A stretch of DNA of 64,000 nucleotides from Narcine bancroftii (taxonomy: Eukaryota): contig NC_091472.1 of the NCBI RefSeq assembly GCF_036971445.1, positions 89,714,001 through 89,778,000 on the forward strand, in the 5' to 3' direction. Under the pieces are notes generated by a model. That model had not been told where the DNA came from, did no database searches, and was given only the letters and a program-made list of their open reading frames with translations. This document shows, one piece after another, positions 50,451 through 62,303 of the stretch. A program made the position numbers and the translations under genes. Within the stretch, counting starts at the first letter, position 1. Every line of letters starts with the position of its first letter.

Positions 50451-51689
50451 ATCAATGATTCTGAACAGCCTGCGATACACCACAGGGTAACTTAAAAACA
50501 GAAAATACTCGAAACACTTAAGGGGTCAGGCAGCATCAGTGGAAAGAGTAACAGGGTCAATGTTTCCAAAGACCCAAAGTGACAGCTCAAAAGATTTGCC
50601 TGTATTTGAACTGTTTTAATATATAATATCACAGATGTTGGAAATCGGAAATAAAAACAGAAAATACTCCATAGGCTCAAAGAACTGAATTGCAGAAGTA
50701 AGGTGTAAGCACTTAGTCAAGATCTGCATACTTTGCAGAGAGGGGTTGCAAAATTCAAGGTAACTTTTCAAGTGTGGTCTCAAGGGCAAAACATTCCAAT
50801 AGATGAAGTCATATTCTGCATAAAGGAAGTGTTGTGGTTGTTGAAAGTCATCCCAGCCATCGAACCTCTGGTGCAGTATCCATGGCCCAACAATTTTCAG
50901 TTACTTTATCAATAGCCTTTCTTCCATTGTGATGTTTGTAAATGAATCCATTCACCACACCTCCACAAATGAAGCAATCATTTCTTGAATGCAGCAAGAC
51001 TTGAACATCATTCAAGTACGAGCTGAGGAGTTGCAAGTAACATTCACAACAGAAAATGCCCAAAAATGACCATTGACAACAAAATACTTTTTATCCAAAT
51101 TAAATTGTATTATTATTGCCAAGCCCCCACTTTCATTATCCGATTGAACATGGATCCGCCTGGAATAACCGTGATGAAATTTTAATACAGAAAAGGTCAA
51201 AGCAGGCTAGGAAATTATTCACTTCCCACAGTACTAAAAATATTGTAAAACATTTGAACAGGGACATCTCAGTGTTTCAGACATCAGGATGTATTCTGAA
51301 AACTGTTTTCGAGTGGTGAGTGTTACACTGCAGGCCTTGTGAGTTTTAGGAAAAGTAGCTGAAGATTTCAAGATGGGGATGGTGATTGGGGTGGGGGGGG
51401 GGTGGTTTAATGACACTGAAGAGTTGTCCAAATTAACTGGATTATAATACTGTTTTACCAGTGCTTGCTGCAGATCTTTATCATAAGCCCAAGAAAGGAT
51501 TCAGTGACTCTGAAGGGACTTTTGCTTATATTTCTCTTACTGTAAGGGATGCCAGGCAACACTAATGGCAACTCTTTGTCTTCCTTGTGGCTGGCAGAAG
51601 GCAATTTTATTCAATATTCTGTACAATAAAGTAATCTGAAATCTGATTGGTTTGTGTGATATTGAAGTGAACTGGAAATTCACAACTGG

Positions 51690-52465
51690 TGTGATGTTCT
51701 AAGGACTAGCTCCCTCCCCGACTCCGCCCCCACATAGCCCACAATGAACGCTGGATCCCCTGCCAAAACCAAAAGTGCGTGGTACTCTCTCTGGTCTTGT
51801 GTACACTCTCACGCTGCAATTTTATTCATTAAGAGTAGGATGGAAGCTCTGTTGAAGCCTGCGATGCTCCTAATCAACTCTCTGTCCCCAGAGGCCCCAG
51901 AAGAGTTCGCGTACTGGCTGGAGTGCTTCCAAATGTACTTGACGGCAACACAAATGGCCTACTCAACAGATGAGCTCAAGAGGTCCGCGCTCCTCTCTCT
52001 TGTTGGACCTAAAGGATTCATGATCATCAGGGACTGTACAACTTATGAGTCGGCAGTCAAAAGGCTGAAGGCTCACTACATGAGGCCCCAGAATGTCGTC
52101 CTCGTGAGGCATCAGCTCTTGTAACAGAAGCAGTGGCCTGGTGAATTCACTGAAGATTTTGACCTCATCCTACAAGCACTCGCAAGAAACTGTGGGTACG
52201 AGTACAGCATGGCCTGAGAACGGGAAGAAGAGCAGATCTGGGGCACTCTTGTTGGTGGCATGAGGTCCAAGTACATAAGGCAGCGGTTGCTAGAGCAAGG
52301 CAGTGCGGCGCAGTCTGACAACGTACAGCTGGCCAAGTCGCTAGAGATGGCCCAACTGGGAGCTGATAACTTGGAAGGCAGCAGCAGCATCCTCCAGGAT
52401 GATCTGGTTCCCAGAGCAGCTCCACAGGCTACATCAGCCATGAAGGCGGCAGCCTCCAGCATATT
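51690..52465 (+). mobile_element. Gypsy-like LTR retrotransposon relic: short 5' LTR and degenerate gag
   Basis: TGTGATG...GCTGCA (51690-51818), then ATG 51840 MEALLKP...FAYWLECFQMYL...PQNVVLVRHQLL and VGGMRSKYIRQRLLE, a gag-like pattern. Stops present and no pol. Confidence 0.75.
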
Positions 52466-54169
52466 TTAACACAGGTTCCAACTGCAAAGCATCCTAATCC
52501 TTTATAATGGATTTTTGGCCAATTTTGCAAAAAAAGCATTGTTTCTAAGGAAAACTGATATATTAGAGACAAAATGCAGTCATAATTGAACACACCAAAG
52601 CATCTGAAATCTGTTTTTTCGACATTTATTTTTTATTCATCGGGAGGCTTACGAAAGGATCAATGTATCTGATTTCTACCAAAGCCTGTTATGAAGTAGT
52701 AACTGTGAAGTGAATAAAAAGTCAGAAATGAATGCCTGATCACTACAAGGTAACACATAATTTTGTACATATCATAATTAATGTTTTTAAAAGGAATGGC
52801 AAAATAGAATAGGTAAAAACATCTGTAAATGTAACTGATCAGACTGAATATAAATGTTCCTAATATTGATGTGGTAAAGTTTGGCAAACAGTATGGTCAT
52901 AACAAGATCCATCAAGTTCAATGAGTAAAATGATCCATATACTGTTTAGGGATTAATCTTACCCAGAAGAATTTCCCTTCATTTATCTGCAATTTAATAT
53001 TGACTTGAAAGGACAGATGGGAGTCCCAGTTTAGTGATTCTTGTCTGACAGAGCAATGTTCCTCAGCAGAATGGAGTGTCAAACTAGATTAATTAAAGGA
53101 GATGAGAAAGATGGGGAACAGAGTTATTCTAGAAGGTTATGCAAGTAATGATGGATCATCAGGGGGAAAATTGCAAAGCAGGGATCCAGAAGACCACAAT
53201 TTGTTGTTGGAGGATGTAAATGGAGAAAAAAATGTTTCAGAAATATGGTGACATGGGCCCAGGGGGAAGGTTCCAAACAAGAATAGGGATTTTAAATGTA
53301 GTGCATTGAGAAATTTTAAGTGAAACAAATGATCAAGAAGGGGAATGGCATGTGCAGCAGTATATTGCTGGCAGTGATTTTGATCTTTTGTCTACTGAGT
53401 CTTGTGGATTGGGAGAGATCATTCACACATTCAATTATACAATATTAACTTGCAATTTATAATGTGAATGTTAGGGAAATGTCTTTGTAACATCTAACAA
53501 TGATTCATACAACCTGGGGAGGTGACATTTTAATAAATTACAGAGCCAGAAATGTGTTTTTTAAGCAATTTACATTCTTTAAGATTACATAAAACAAAAA
53601 ATAAATCTGCAAATGGTTTTAAATGCAAGATCAAGTTTGGAGTATATTTGGAACAAATCTTTTTAGCACACAGTTTTAATCTCTTAAAAGCAATCAATGT
53701 TGGAGTGTAGAGTGATTCCAAATGAAAAGGAAAAAACTATCAGAAAAATAGAAAACGCTGCACATTTTGTGTTTGCTTTGGATTTGTGGCTTTCAAATTT
53801 ATTGTTTGATTATGCCATGAGTGAAGCTCAGACAATGAATAAAAGGACATGTGAGTAATATAAGATAAATTAAGTTTTAAAGAAAATGAAGTTGGGGTAG
53901 ATGACTTAATTTGTTTTTCACAATATTAAATTTATCAAAAAGACTCTTTGAGTCTGTTTGGTTACCAAAGGAGTGAATTTCAATGGATTGAATATTCTTT
54001 ATTTGCCTTGACTACTTTTAAGGAACAATACATTTGAATAAGGAACTTTCTTGATATCTTTACTTGGGGTCTATCACAAAGTTTTTTAATAACTTATCGA
54101 TAGCAGTTTTTATTGAATTGCTGTCAATATATTTAGCTAAAGAGATTAATTAGATCTAAAAAAGTAACA

Positions 54170-54850
54170 TCTTCTCCCTGACAATTAACATAGGGGCACT
54201 CTCTATTACACCCATAACTGTATGGCTAGGCATAATTCAAATGCCATCTATAAATTTGCCGGTGACACCATGGTCGTCGGCAGAATCACAGATGGCAATG
54301 AGGAAGCGTACAGGAGCGAGATAGATCAGTTAGTTGTCTGGTTACACAACAACCTTGCACACAATGTTAGCAAAACTAAGGAATTAATTGTGGACTTCAG
54401 GAAGGGGAAAACAGAAGAACATAAACCAGTCGTCATTGAGGGGTCAGCAAAAGAAAGAGTAAAGAACTTCAAACTCCTGAATGTTAATATCTCTGAAGAT
54501 CTATTCTTCATGTTAATGCAATATATTTCATGAGGATTTTGAGGAAATTTGTTATGTCATCAAAGACTCTTGCAAATTTCCTCAGCCAATGCACAGGACA
54601 GGAAAATACTAGAGGGTTGTGAATTCAGCCAGCGCCATGAAGGAGATTATTCATCTCTCCATTAAGGACATCTTTAAGAGATGGTGTCTCAAGAAAGCAG
54701 CTTCTATCATCAAGGACCCTCATCACCCAGGCTATGTCTTTTTCTCACTGCTACCATCATGAAGGAGGTGCAGGACCCTGAAGATGCAGACCCAGTGTTA
54801 CAAAAACAGCCTCTTCCCCTCTGCCATCAGATTTCTGAATGGACACAAGT
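54170..54850 (+). mobile_element. Rex1/Babar-like LINE, 3' fragment
   Basis: IYKFAGDTMVVGRI...NVSKTKELIVDFRK. Confidence 0.85.
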
Positions 54851-55525
54851 TCGAGTTTATTTATCATACAATTGAAACAGTGTTCTCAGTGCAAAAGCAC
54901 ACCACCAGACATAATACAGACAAGTGATTCCTATGCACAAGCTCACTTTTCACACTAATGATCTATTTTTAAAAATCTTGCCTCTAGGCAACAAAGCAAC
55001 ACATTTCAAGCCACATGTTCATGACAATAAACCTTATTCTGATTCCAAACAATTTTCAATCTTCTCCAGCAGGTGGCTTTTATAGGCCTGAGTAAGGCCT
55101 CAACCCATATATAGAGGATGAGTGAGTTATTCTAAGCCATTTACAGTCTACACTTGTTTAAAATCTGTACTGTTACTTTCGAGTCGTTAACTATAAAATG
55201 TGAAAGTCCTTCAGAAGCAGCAAGGCCAATGGATTTCAGAAGACTTCCTTTTGTAGAAACAGAGATTAACTGCTGCAAACTGAGCTGTTAGGTCAGGAAG
55301 AAAACTTTTCCTTTGTCAACATTTGCTTTGGTCTGGACACAGTCGAAGGAAGTGACAAAACGGCAAGAAGTCTTTCTTCAGTGTTGCCTTTGCCGCAGCT
55401 GGAAAACCTTCTCTGAACCAAGTTCCTTTGGTCTTTTATTCGTCATTCTGAGAAGTTGGGGTTTTTCAGATTTACCACTTGAAGTTGTGGTTTCCAGGAA
55501 CCTATTTGATGTTGATTCGACAAAA

Positions 55526-56056
55526 ATGGGTAAATACCTTTCAAAGATTTTTGGAAACAAAGAAATGCGGATTCTGATGTTGGGCCTAGATGCGGCCGGG
55601 AAGACCACTGTCCTGTTCAAACTCAAGCTGGGCCAGCCCACCAGCACCATCCCGACCGTGGGCTTTAATGTCGAGACGGTCACGTACAGGAATGTGCGGT
55701 TCAATATCTGGGATGTAGGCGGCCAGGACAAGATCCGACCTCTTTGGAGACACTATTACACAGGCACGCAGGGGCTGATCTTTGTGGTGGACTGCGCCGA
55801 CCGCGATCGCATTGATGAAGCTCGGCAAGAGCTGTACCGCATCATTAATGACAGAGAAATGCGTGATGCCGTCATTCTGGTCCTTGCAAATAAGCAAGAC
55901 CTGCCCCAGGCCATGAAACCTCACGAGATTCAGGAGAAATTGGGCCTGACTCGAATACGAGATCGCAACTGGTATGTTCAACCTTCCTCGGCAACCACTG
56001 GTGATGGACTTTATGAAGGGTTGACCTGGTTAACTTCCAATTATAAGGCAACTTGA
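55526..56056 (+). CDS. ARF6: ADP-ribosylation factor 6-like small GTPase (176 aa, divergent paralogue)
   Basis: Uninterrupted [31 protein letters not shown]...WDVGGQ...NKQD...TSNYKAT with the Gly2 myristoylation site and short class III N-terminus; context aaaATGG. Confidence 0.95.
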   Translation: MGKYLSKIFGNKEMRILMLGLDAAGKTTVLFKLKLGQPTSTIPTVGFNVETVTYRNVRFNIWDVGGQDKIRPLWRHYYTGTQGLIFVVDCADRDRIDEARQELYRIINDREMRDAVILVLANKQDLPQAMKPHEIQEKLGLTRIRDRNWYVQPSSATTGDGLYEGLTWLTSNYKAT

Positions 56057-56853
56057 GAAGAAAGTTCCAACTGGCGGAGTGAAGATTCCAAGCTCATTGC
56101 TCTCAGCGTAGAAGAGTGGACGTGGAATTGATTCAAATAAAGAAAAGCTACTTCTGAAGATGTAGCAGGAATGATACAAGTAGATTTGTTTCTCCCTTGT
56201 ACTTGATTTATTAGGAATTGCACTAAAATCCAGCACTCCAATGAAAGTTGCTTAATTGTAGTCTAAAGATAAGATATAGGATAAAAACGTTTTACTAATT
56301 AATTTTAAGGTGGTTACTAATTATAGAGTTCATTGGAAGATTGCTAAAAAGCACCCATGTACTAACCTGCTTTTTTATTTATCTCTCTTCAAACAATTAG
56401 ATAAAACACTGCTGAATTCAATTCTGAACACTACTGTTGATTTATTATTGATCTGGTGCTTTTTGTGCAGGTTTGGAGAACAGATTTGATGTCTTTATTT
56501 GATCATGATGACAGTAGGAATATTTATGTTCTTATGATGTGATTTTCTAAAATTAATTATTTTGCTGTTTTGCCATAGTGTGTTGGAAGAGGTTTGTTTC
56601 CCTGCTGTATAATTCAATTACTCCAAAAAATGCCACGGTAACACTTATGTTTTGCTCTACTCTAGTTACTTAATTGCAAAGTGTTAAAATATTTAACAAA
56701 GGCTATAGATATATATATATATTCCAATATTCTTTTTGCAAATAATGAGTGAAAACAGAATTAGTATACCTCATTTCTGAAACCTGGGACTATTTCTGAG
56801 TTTCATGTCAATTATGAATGTGTCCTGGAGTACAAAGTTAACAAGCTCAGGGG

Positions 56854-56859
56854 AATAAA
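56854..56859 (+). terminator. Candidate ARF6-like polyadenylation signal
   Basis: AATAAA at the end of about 800 nt of AU-rich, repeat-free sequence; another AATAAA lies at 56136-56141. Confidence 0.4.
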
Positions 56860-58036
56860 TGTACACTTTTTTAAAAAAAAAAATTAAGCAATGTGCTTGA
56901 ATACATCCTAAACTAATTCTGTTGGTGTTGCCTAACAACTGTTGTCATTTTGAAAATTTGCAATCATCAGGTTAAGCTGCTGCAAAGGTTACTGAAGTAG
57001 TGTTTGTCCAGTTTACACTATGCAACTGTAATGACAAAAAGGGACAATGCATACTTGGAGAATAGATTCAACACCACAGTTTCATAATTGTGATTTAAAT
57101 AATAGTGTTCTTTCATTCCAAGTCTTGTTTGACAAATGCACCACAGGCCAACAATTTCTATTTTGCACTTCAAATTCAAAAAGGATCCTTCCACAGCTTA
57201 CCAAACTTGGTTTGTTAAAGATTTAATGGATATGGAGGATGCTAAGAAAATATTGTCTATTTGTGTGAAGTTACTAAAATGGAAGCAGAAAAGGTTTAAT
57301 AGGGAAGAGTACTGGTGTGGAGAACCTGGGATGCTTGGCTTTAGAGCAGAGAAGGTGAAGAGGTTGAATAAAACTAGCAAATACTCACCAGGCCAGGCAT
57401 GAGAAACAGTTAACATTTAAGGAGGATCCTGAACCTGGATTGTTTACAGTGTCTGTTGCCCATATGCTACCTAACCTGCCTAGTGTTTCCAGCATTTTCT
57501 ATTTTTAATCACAGATTTCCAGCATCTGCAATTTTTAATTTTTAGGTTGAACAAAAATGGTCAAGTCATGAAACTGTCCCCATTGCCTGATGGGTCAAGA
57601 AGCAGGGAACAAAATCTGAATGTAACACTGGGGGAGGAGGGGAGAGGATGGTGGAAGAGTAGGGGATTCAAGAAAATAAAATCCATGCAGCAAGTAATCA
57701 GGGTCTGGGATTGAGTAGCTGAAAGATGATGGAAGCAGTCATTTGTTGCTTAAAACAGAGGATATGAGAGAAAAGAAAAATCACAGAGCTCCTAAGAAAA
57801 GTGTAGGTTATGGGATGGTGTAAATTCTCTGGGATGTTTCTAATGGGTTGATTCACCTTCTATTATGCTTCTGTGGTTCTTGTTGAATGGTGCATTGAAG
57901 CAATAATTTGCATTTCGAGGCAATCACTTTCCAGCTCTACTGATCTCCTAATTTTGTAATTTGAGGAAATCAAAGATGCAGAAATGTGCAAAATGGGAAG
58001 GAGGAAAACCTCAGGATGTTGGTGTACTAATAAACT

Positions 58037-58248
58037 CCACCCCACCCCACCTCACCTCACCTCACTGACAAAAGACAAAGGAGGAAAAACCCAACACCAA
58101 CCCCAACCAACCAATTTTCCCTTGCAACCGCTGCAATCGTGTCTGCCTGTCCCGCATCGGACTTGTCAGCCACAAACAAGGCTGCAGCTAACGTGGACAT
58201 TACCCCTCCATTAATCTTCGTCTGCGAAGCCAAGCCAAAGAAAGAAAG
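58037..58248 (+). mobile_element. RTE-clade LINE, short 3' end
   Basis: Near-identical to the 3' end of the 58620-59530 copy; (AAAG)n tail; TSD AATAAACT at 58029-58036 and 58249-58256. Confidence 0.92.
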
Positions 58249-58619
58249 AATAAACTGTCAGCATGCTTTTCTGTTCTACTGTGAGTTAATTGAATCCATC
58301 ACCAGATTTTCATATTTGCATGTTGAATTTTGAGAGTTTTCATTTTGTGGTTTGGAAGAGCAGTGTCCACATTCAAATTTGGCATCAGGAGACTTTTATG
58401 AGCATTTTACACCAAAATATACATTAATCAAGATCATTTATAACTTGATACGTTCTGAATTTGTGCATTGACTGGCTTGTCATCTTTGAGACCTGAAGTC
58501 AGTTGCAGCCAGACTAACGTAACAAGTTAATCTTGTCAATTAGCTGAAAACTTTCTCTATGGGATGATCTTGAAGGAGACATTGGACCATAAGCTTCAAA
58601 GTGAAATTTTGGAAAATAT

Positions 58620-59530
58620 CTTCTTTGCTTGGCTTCGCGGACGAAGATTTATGGAAGGGGTAAAAGTCCACGTCAGCTGCAGGCTTGTTTGTGGCTGACA
58701 AGTCCGATGCGGGACAGGCAGACACGGTTGCAGCGGCTGCAGGGGAAAATTGGTTGGTTGGGGTTGGGTGTTGGGTTTTTCCTCCTTTGCCTTTTGTCAG
58801 TGAGGTGGGCTCTGCAGTCTTCTTCAAAGGAGGTTGCTGCCCGCCAAACTGTGAGGCGCCAAGATGCACGGTTTGAGGCGATATCAGCCCACTGGCGGCG
58901 GTCAATGTGGCAGGCACCAAGAGATTTCTTTAGGCAGTCCTTGTACCTTTTCTTTGGTGCACCTCTGTCACGGTGGCCAGTGGAGAGCTCGCCATATAAC
59001 ACGATCTTGGGAAGGCGATGGTCCTCCATTCTGGAGACGTGACCCACCCAGCGCAGCTGGATCTTCAGCAGCGTGGACTCGATGCTGTCGACCTCTGCCA
59101 TCTCGAGTACTTCGACGTTAGGGATGAAAGCGCTCCAATGGATGTTGAGGATGGAGCGGAGACAACGCTGGTGGAAGCGTTCTAGGAGCCGTAGGTGATG
59201 CCGGTAGAGGACCCATGATTCTGAGCCGAACAGGAGTGTGGGTATGACAACGGCTCTGTATACGCTTATCTTTGTGAGGTTTTTCAGTTGGTTGTTTTTC
59301 CAGACTCTTTTGTGTAGTCTTCCAAAGGCGCTATTTGCCTTGGCGAGTCTGTTGTCTATCTCATTGTCGATCCTTGCATCTGATGAAATGGTGCAGCCGA
59401 GATAGGTAAACTGGTTGACCGTTTTGAGTTTTGTGTGCCCAATGGAGATGTGGGGGGGCTGGTAGTCATGGTGGGGAGCTGGCTGATGGAGGACCTCAGT
59501 TTTCTTCAGGCTGACTTCCAGGCCAAACAT
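58620..59530 (-). mobile_element. RTE-clade LINE, 5'-truncated, ORF still open
   Basis: FGLEVSLKKTEVL...FTYLG...KISVYRAVVIPTLLFGSESW...QLRWVGHVSRMEDHRLPK...CSRCNRVCLSRIGLVSH (RT C-terminus and zinc finger). Confidence 0.95.
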
Positions 59531-60993
59531 ATACATGTAAGTTAAATGCTTCTTTGAGAATGGATGAGGGACCGCTTTACTTGACATTGTTATATCTTGA
59601 AGTTTTATTGATATTTGAGTCTAATATTAATTAGGGTTATGATGAACCACAAAACTGAGAAAAAAATTCTCATTCAAATAATTAAACTAAGTATTTAAAT
59701 TTACTCTTGCTACTGCTGTATCTAAGTATTTGATACAATATTTAAAAATTACAAATGAAAATTTTGTAGTGAAAAGATTATAAAGGGCGTTGCCACTTTA
59801 GGGACTTTGTCATACTCTTAACAGTCAGCATGGAAAAACATTGGTCAAGTCCTGGCACCGTGCTAGCAGGAAAAGTCTAGATTTTAACTGACTCCACATC
59901 TGCATTCAGTATCAATCTTTCTCTCTGCAATTGCTCTATTTTAATAATAAAAATATATAATTTGTGCTGGCTGACATCTTAACATGGAATTGCATTTTTT
60001 CTGCATATATAGCAATAGAAATGTTTAACCCTGACAATAGTTCTATTTTTAAAGCTGCATCTTGAAAACCTAACCCTTTACCTTGACAATGGCCTTTATT
60101 TCAATTATCTGCAGGTTTTTTTGTTTGGCTTATTTAATTATTTATACAGAAATAAAGTGTTAATAAATAAAGTAAAGTGTTAATGAAGGGAAAATGTTAA
60201 CGTGGGGTTTGGCTCACCAGTACCTACACTGTGAGTCTGAGGTCAAGACTTCATTGTCCTCTCAGTGGGCAGAGCTCATGGAATAGACAGATACTGAGGT
60301 CTTGTAACGGACTGTTACTAGCAAAGACTGAATAATCAGGATAGCATCTTAACAGCAGGAAACAAGCTGTTTGAATCCCATGACAACTGACATCATTCAG
60401 GATGTACTGATTACAGGCACACAATATTTAGACATAAACAACTCAGAAAATAATCGCATAACCAAGCAGATTTAGAAAGGGGGATTGAATTAATTGAATC
60501 AACTGATTTTTAAGAAAAAAAGTATGGAACAAAATCTACAATGTAAATTATTGGGGAGAAAAAAGACACAAAATTCAACCCTTGCATGACATTTCAATAA
60601 ATACAGCAACGTTTCAATATCATGTGTAGTTCAGCACTATCTTGCACTTATTTTCTTAGTTATATTTTAGTTCAACATATTGAGCTCACTGTAATATTAG
60701 GAGACGTGTTTGTGCTGGTTTGCATGTGCTGTAACATTTATCATGCTTCTGCTGAAGTACCAGTTTGGAAACAAATGTGTGTGCTTTTTTAAAAAAAATA
60801 CAACCAAATAATTTCTTCCACTATTTATTGTTGTATTTTGCTGCTAATTTCATTTCTTCCTGTCTCATAACTTTAGGCCTGCTATCCAGATAAGGTCAAG
60901 CATTAATTCTGCACCGTACACCAGTTAATTGGGAAAATATAATTTAATTTTATTTCACAACAAATTTAGACATACAGCACGGTAATAGGGCCT

Positions 60994-61555
60994 TTGTTGT
61001 GAGCGAAGGTTCATGTGGGTCCCACAGGTTAAGAACCAGACAGAGATCGAAGTACAAAGCACAAGTTTATTTTATTATCAGGGGATGCAGATGGAACAAC
61101 GGGATCTAAATGCTAAATTAACCTAAATGCACGATACACAAGGGGAATGAGGTGGAAATCAAAAGAACTTAGGAAATAACACAAATACACAAAATAAACA
61201 ATCAGATCAAGGTGATACTACATGCCCCCACCCTTTGACTTATATGGACATGGCTCTGACTAACTGACCTGGGGACTCAGCCCAACCCATTACGAAAGGT
61301 GATACTCACAGGCCACGAGGAGTCAAAAAGAGAGAAAACAAAGGAAAGCAAGTATTGGGGAGCCAATTGCTCGGGGGCAGGCTGGGCCCCGTTGGCTGCT
61401 GTGACCGATGGCTCGAAGCCAAAGGTAGGGGTTCAGCAGGGGCCAGCCCAGGTGCTTCACCTGGGCCAATTAGGTGAAGGTCAGGGCTAAGTCTAGACAG
61501 GCTGCCTGGAGTCCAGTCCCTGATAACTTAAATAGGCCATTTGCGAAGGTCACCT
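60994..61555 (-). mobile_element. Probable LTR-type repeat
   Basis: Starts TGTTGTG right after a SINE tail fragment, with minus-strand poly(A) signals at about 61066-61077. The right boundary is uncertain. Confidence 0.35.
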
Positions 61556-61575
61556 TTTATTACTTATTTATCAAT

Positions 61576-62024
61576 GATCAAACTGCGCTGGGTAGGTCAC
61601 ATCTACAGAATGGAGGACCATCGCCTTCCCAAGATCGTGTTATATGGCGAGCTCTCCACTGGCCACCGAGACAGAGGTGCACCAAAGAAGAGGTACAAGG
61701 ACTGCCTAAAGAAATCTCTTGGTGCCTGCCACATTGACCACCGCCAGTAGGCTGATATCGCCTCAAACCGTGCATCTTGGCGCCTCACAGTTCGGCAGGC
61801 AGCAACCTTTGAAGAAGACCACAGAGGTCACCTCACTGACAAAAGACAAAGGAGGAAAAACCCAACACCCAACCCCAACCCACCAATTTTCCCTTGCAAC
61901 CGCTGCAACCGTGTCTGCCTGTCCCGCATCGGACTTGTCAGCCACAAATGAGCCTGCAGCTGACATGGACATTACCCCTCCATAACTCTTCGTCCGTGAA
62001 GCCAAGCCAAAGAAGAAAAAGACA
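61576..62024 (+). mobile_element. RTE-clade LINE, 3' fragment
   Basis: Near-identical to the reverse complement of 58620-59062; possible TSD ATCAAT. Confidence 0.92.
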
Positions 62025-62303
62025 ATCAATTACATTATATACATTTCATTCACGATTAATCATACATGATTTTTACAAGTTTGAAAAGAAAGATAGAAAG
62101 AAAAGAAGCCTCCAACCAAGCCCCCAAAGAACCCTAGAAAAAAAGTAGTGATGATACTCCTTCCCCCCCCCCCACCATTGGCACTAAAGAATATAGTGCC
62201 ACCCCCCTCTATCATGCGGGATTTAGCACAATGAGCTTATGGACTTCAACACCCTTCACTTCCCAGGTGATGCATCAAAACAAAGTCACTAATTTATTAG
62301 TCC

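Noticed and set aside
55313-55525. 71-aa N-terminal extension of the ARF6-like ORF in the ORF track
   Set aside because: It starts at a non-ATG codon, has no ARF similarity, and would bury the Gly2 myristoylation site. The real start is ATG 55526.
56854-56883. AATAAA followed by an A-run, suggesting the ARF6-like gene is a retrocopy
   Set aside because: ARF6 coding sequence is natively intronless, T/A homopolymers are frequent throughout the window, and I see no flanking TSD. Not excluded, but unsupported.
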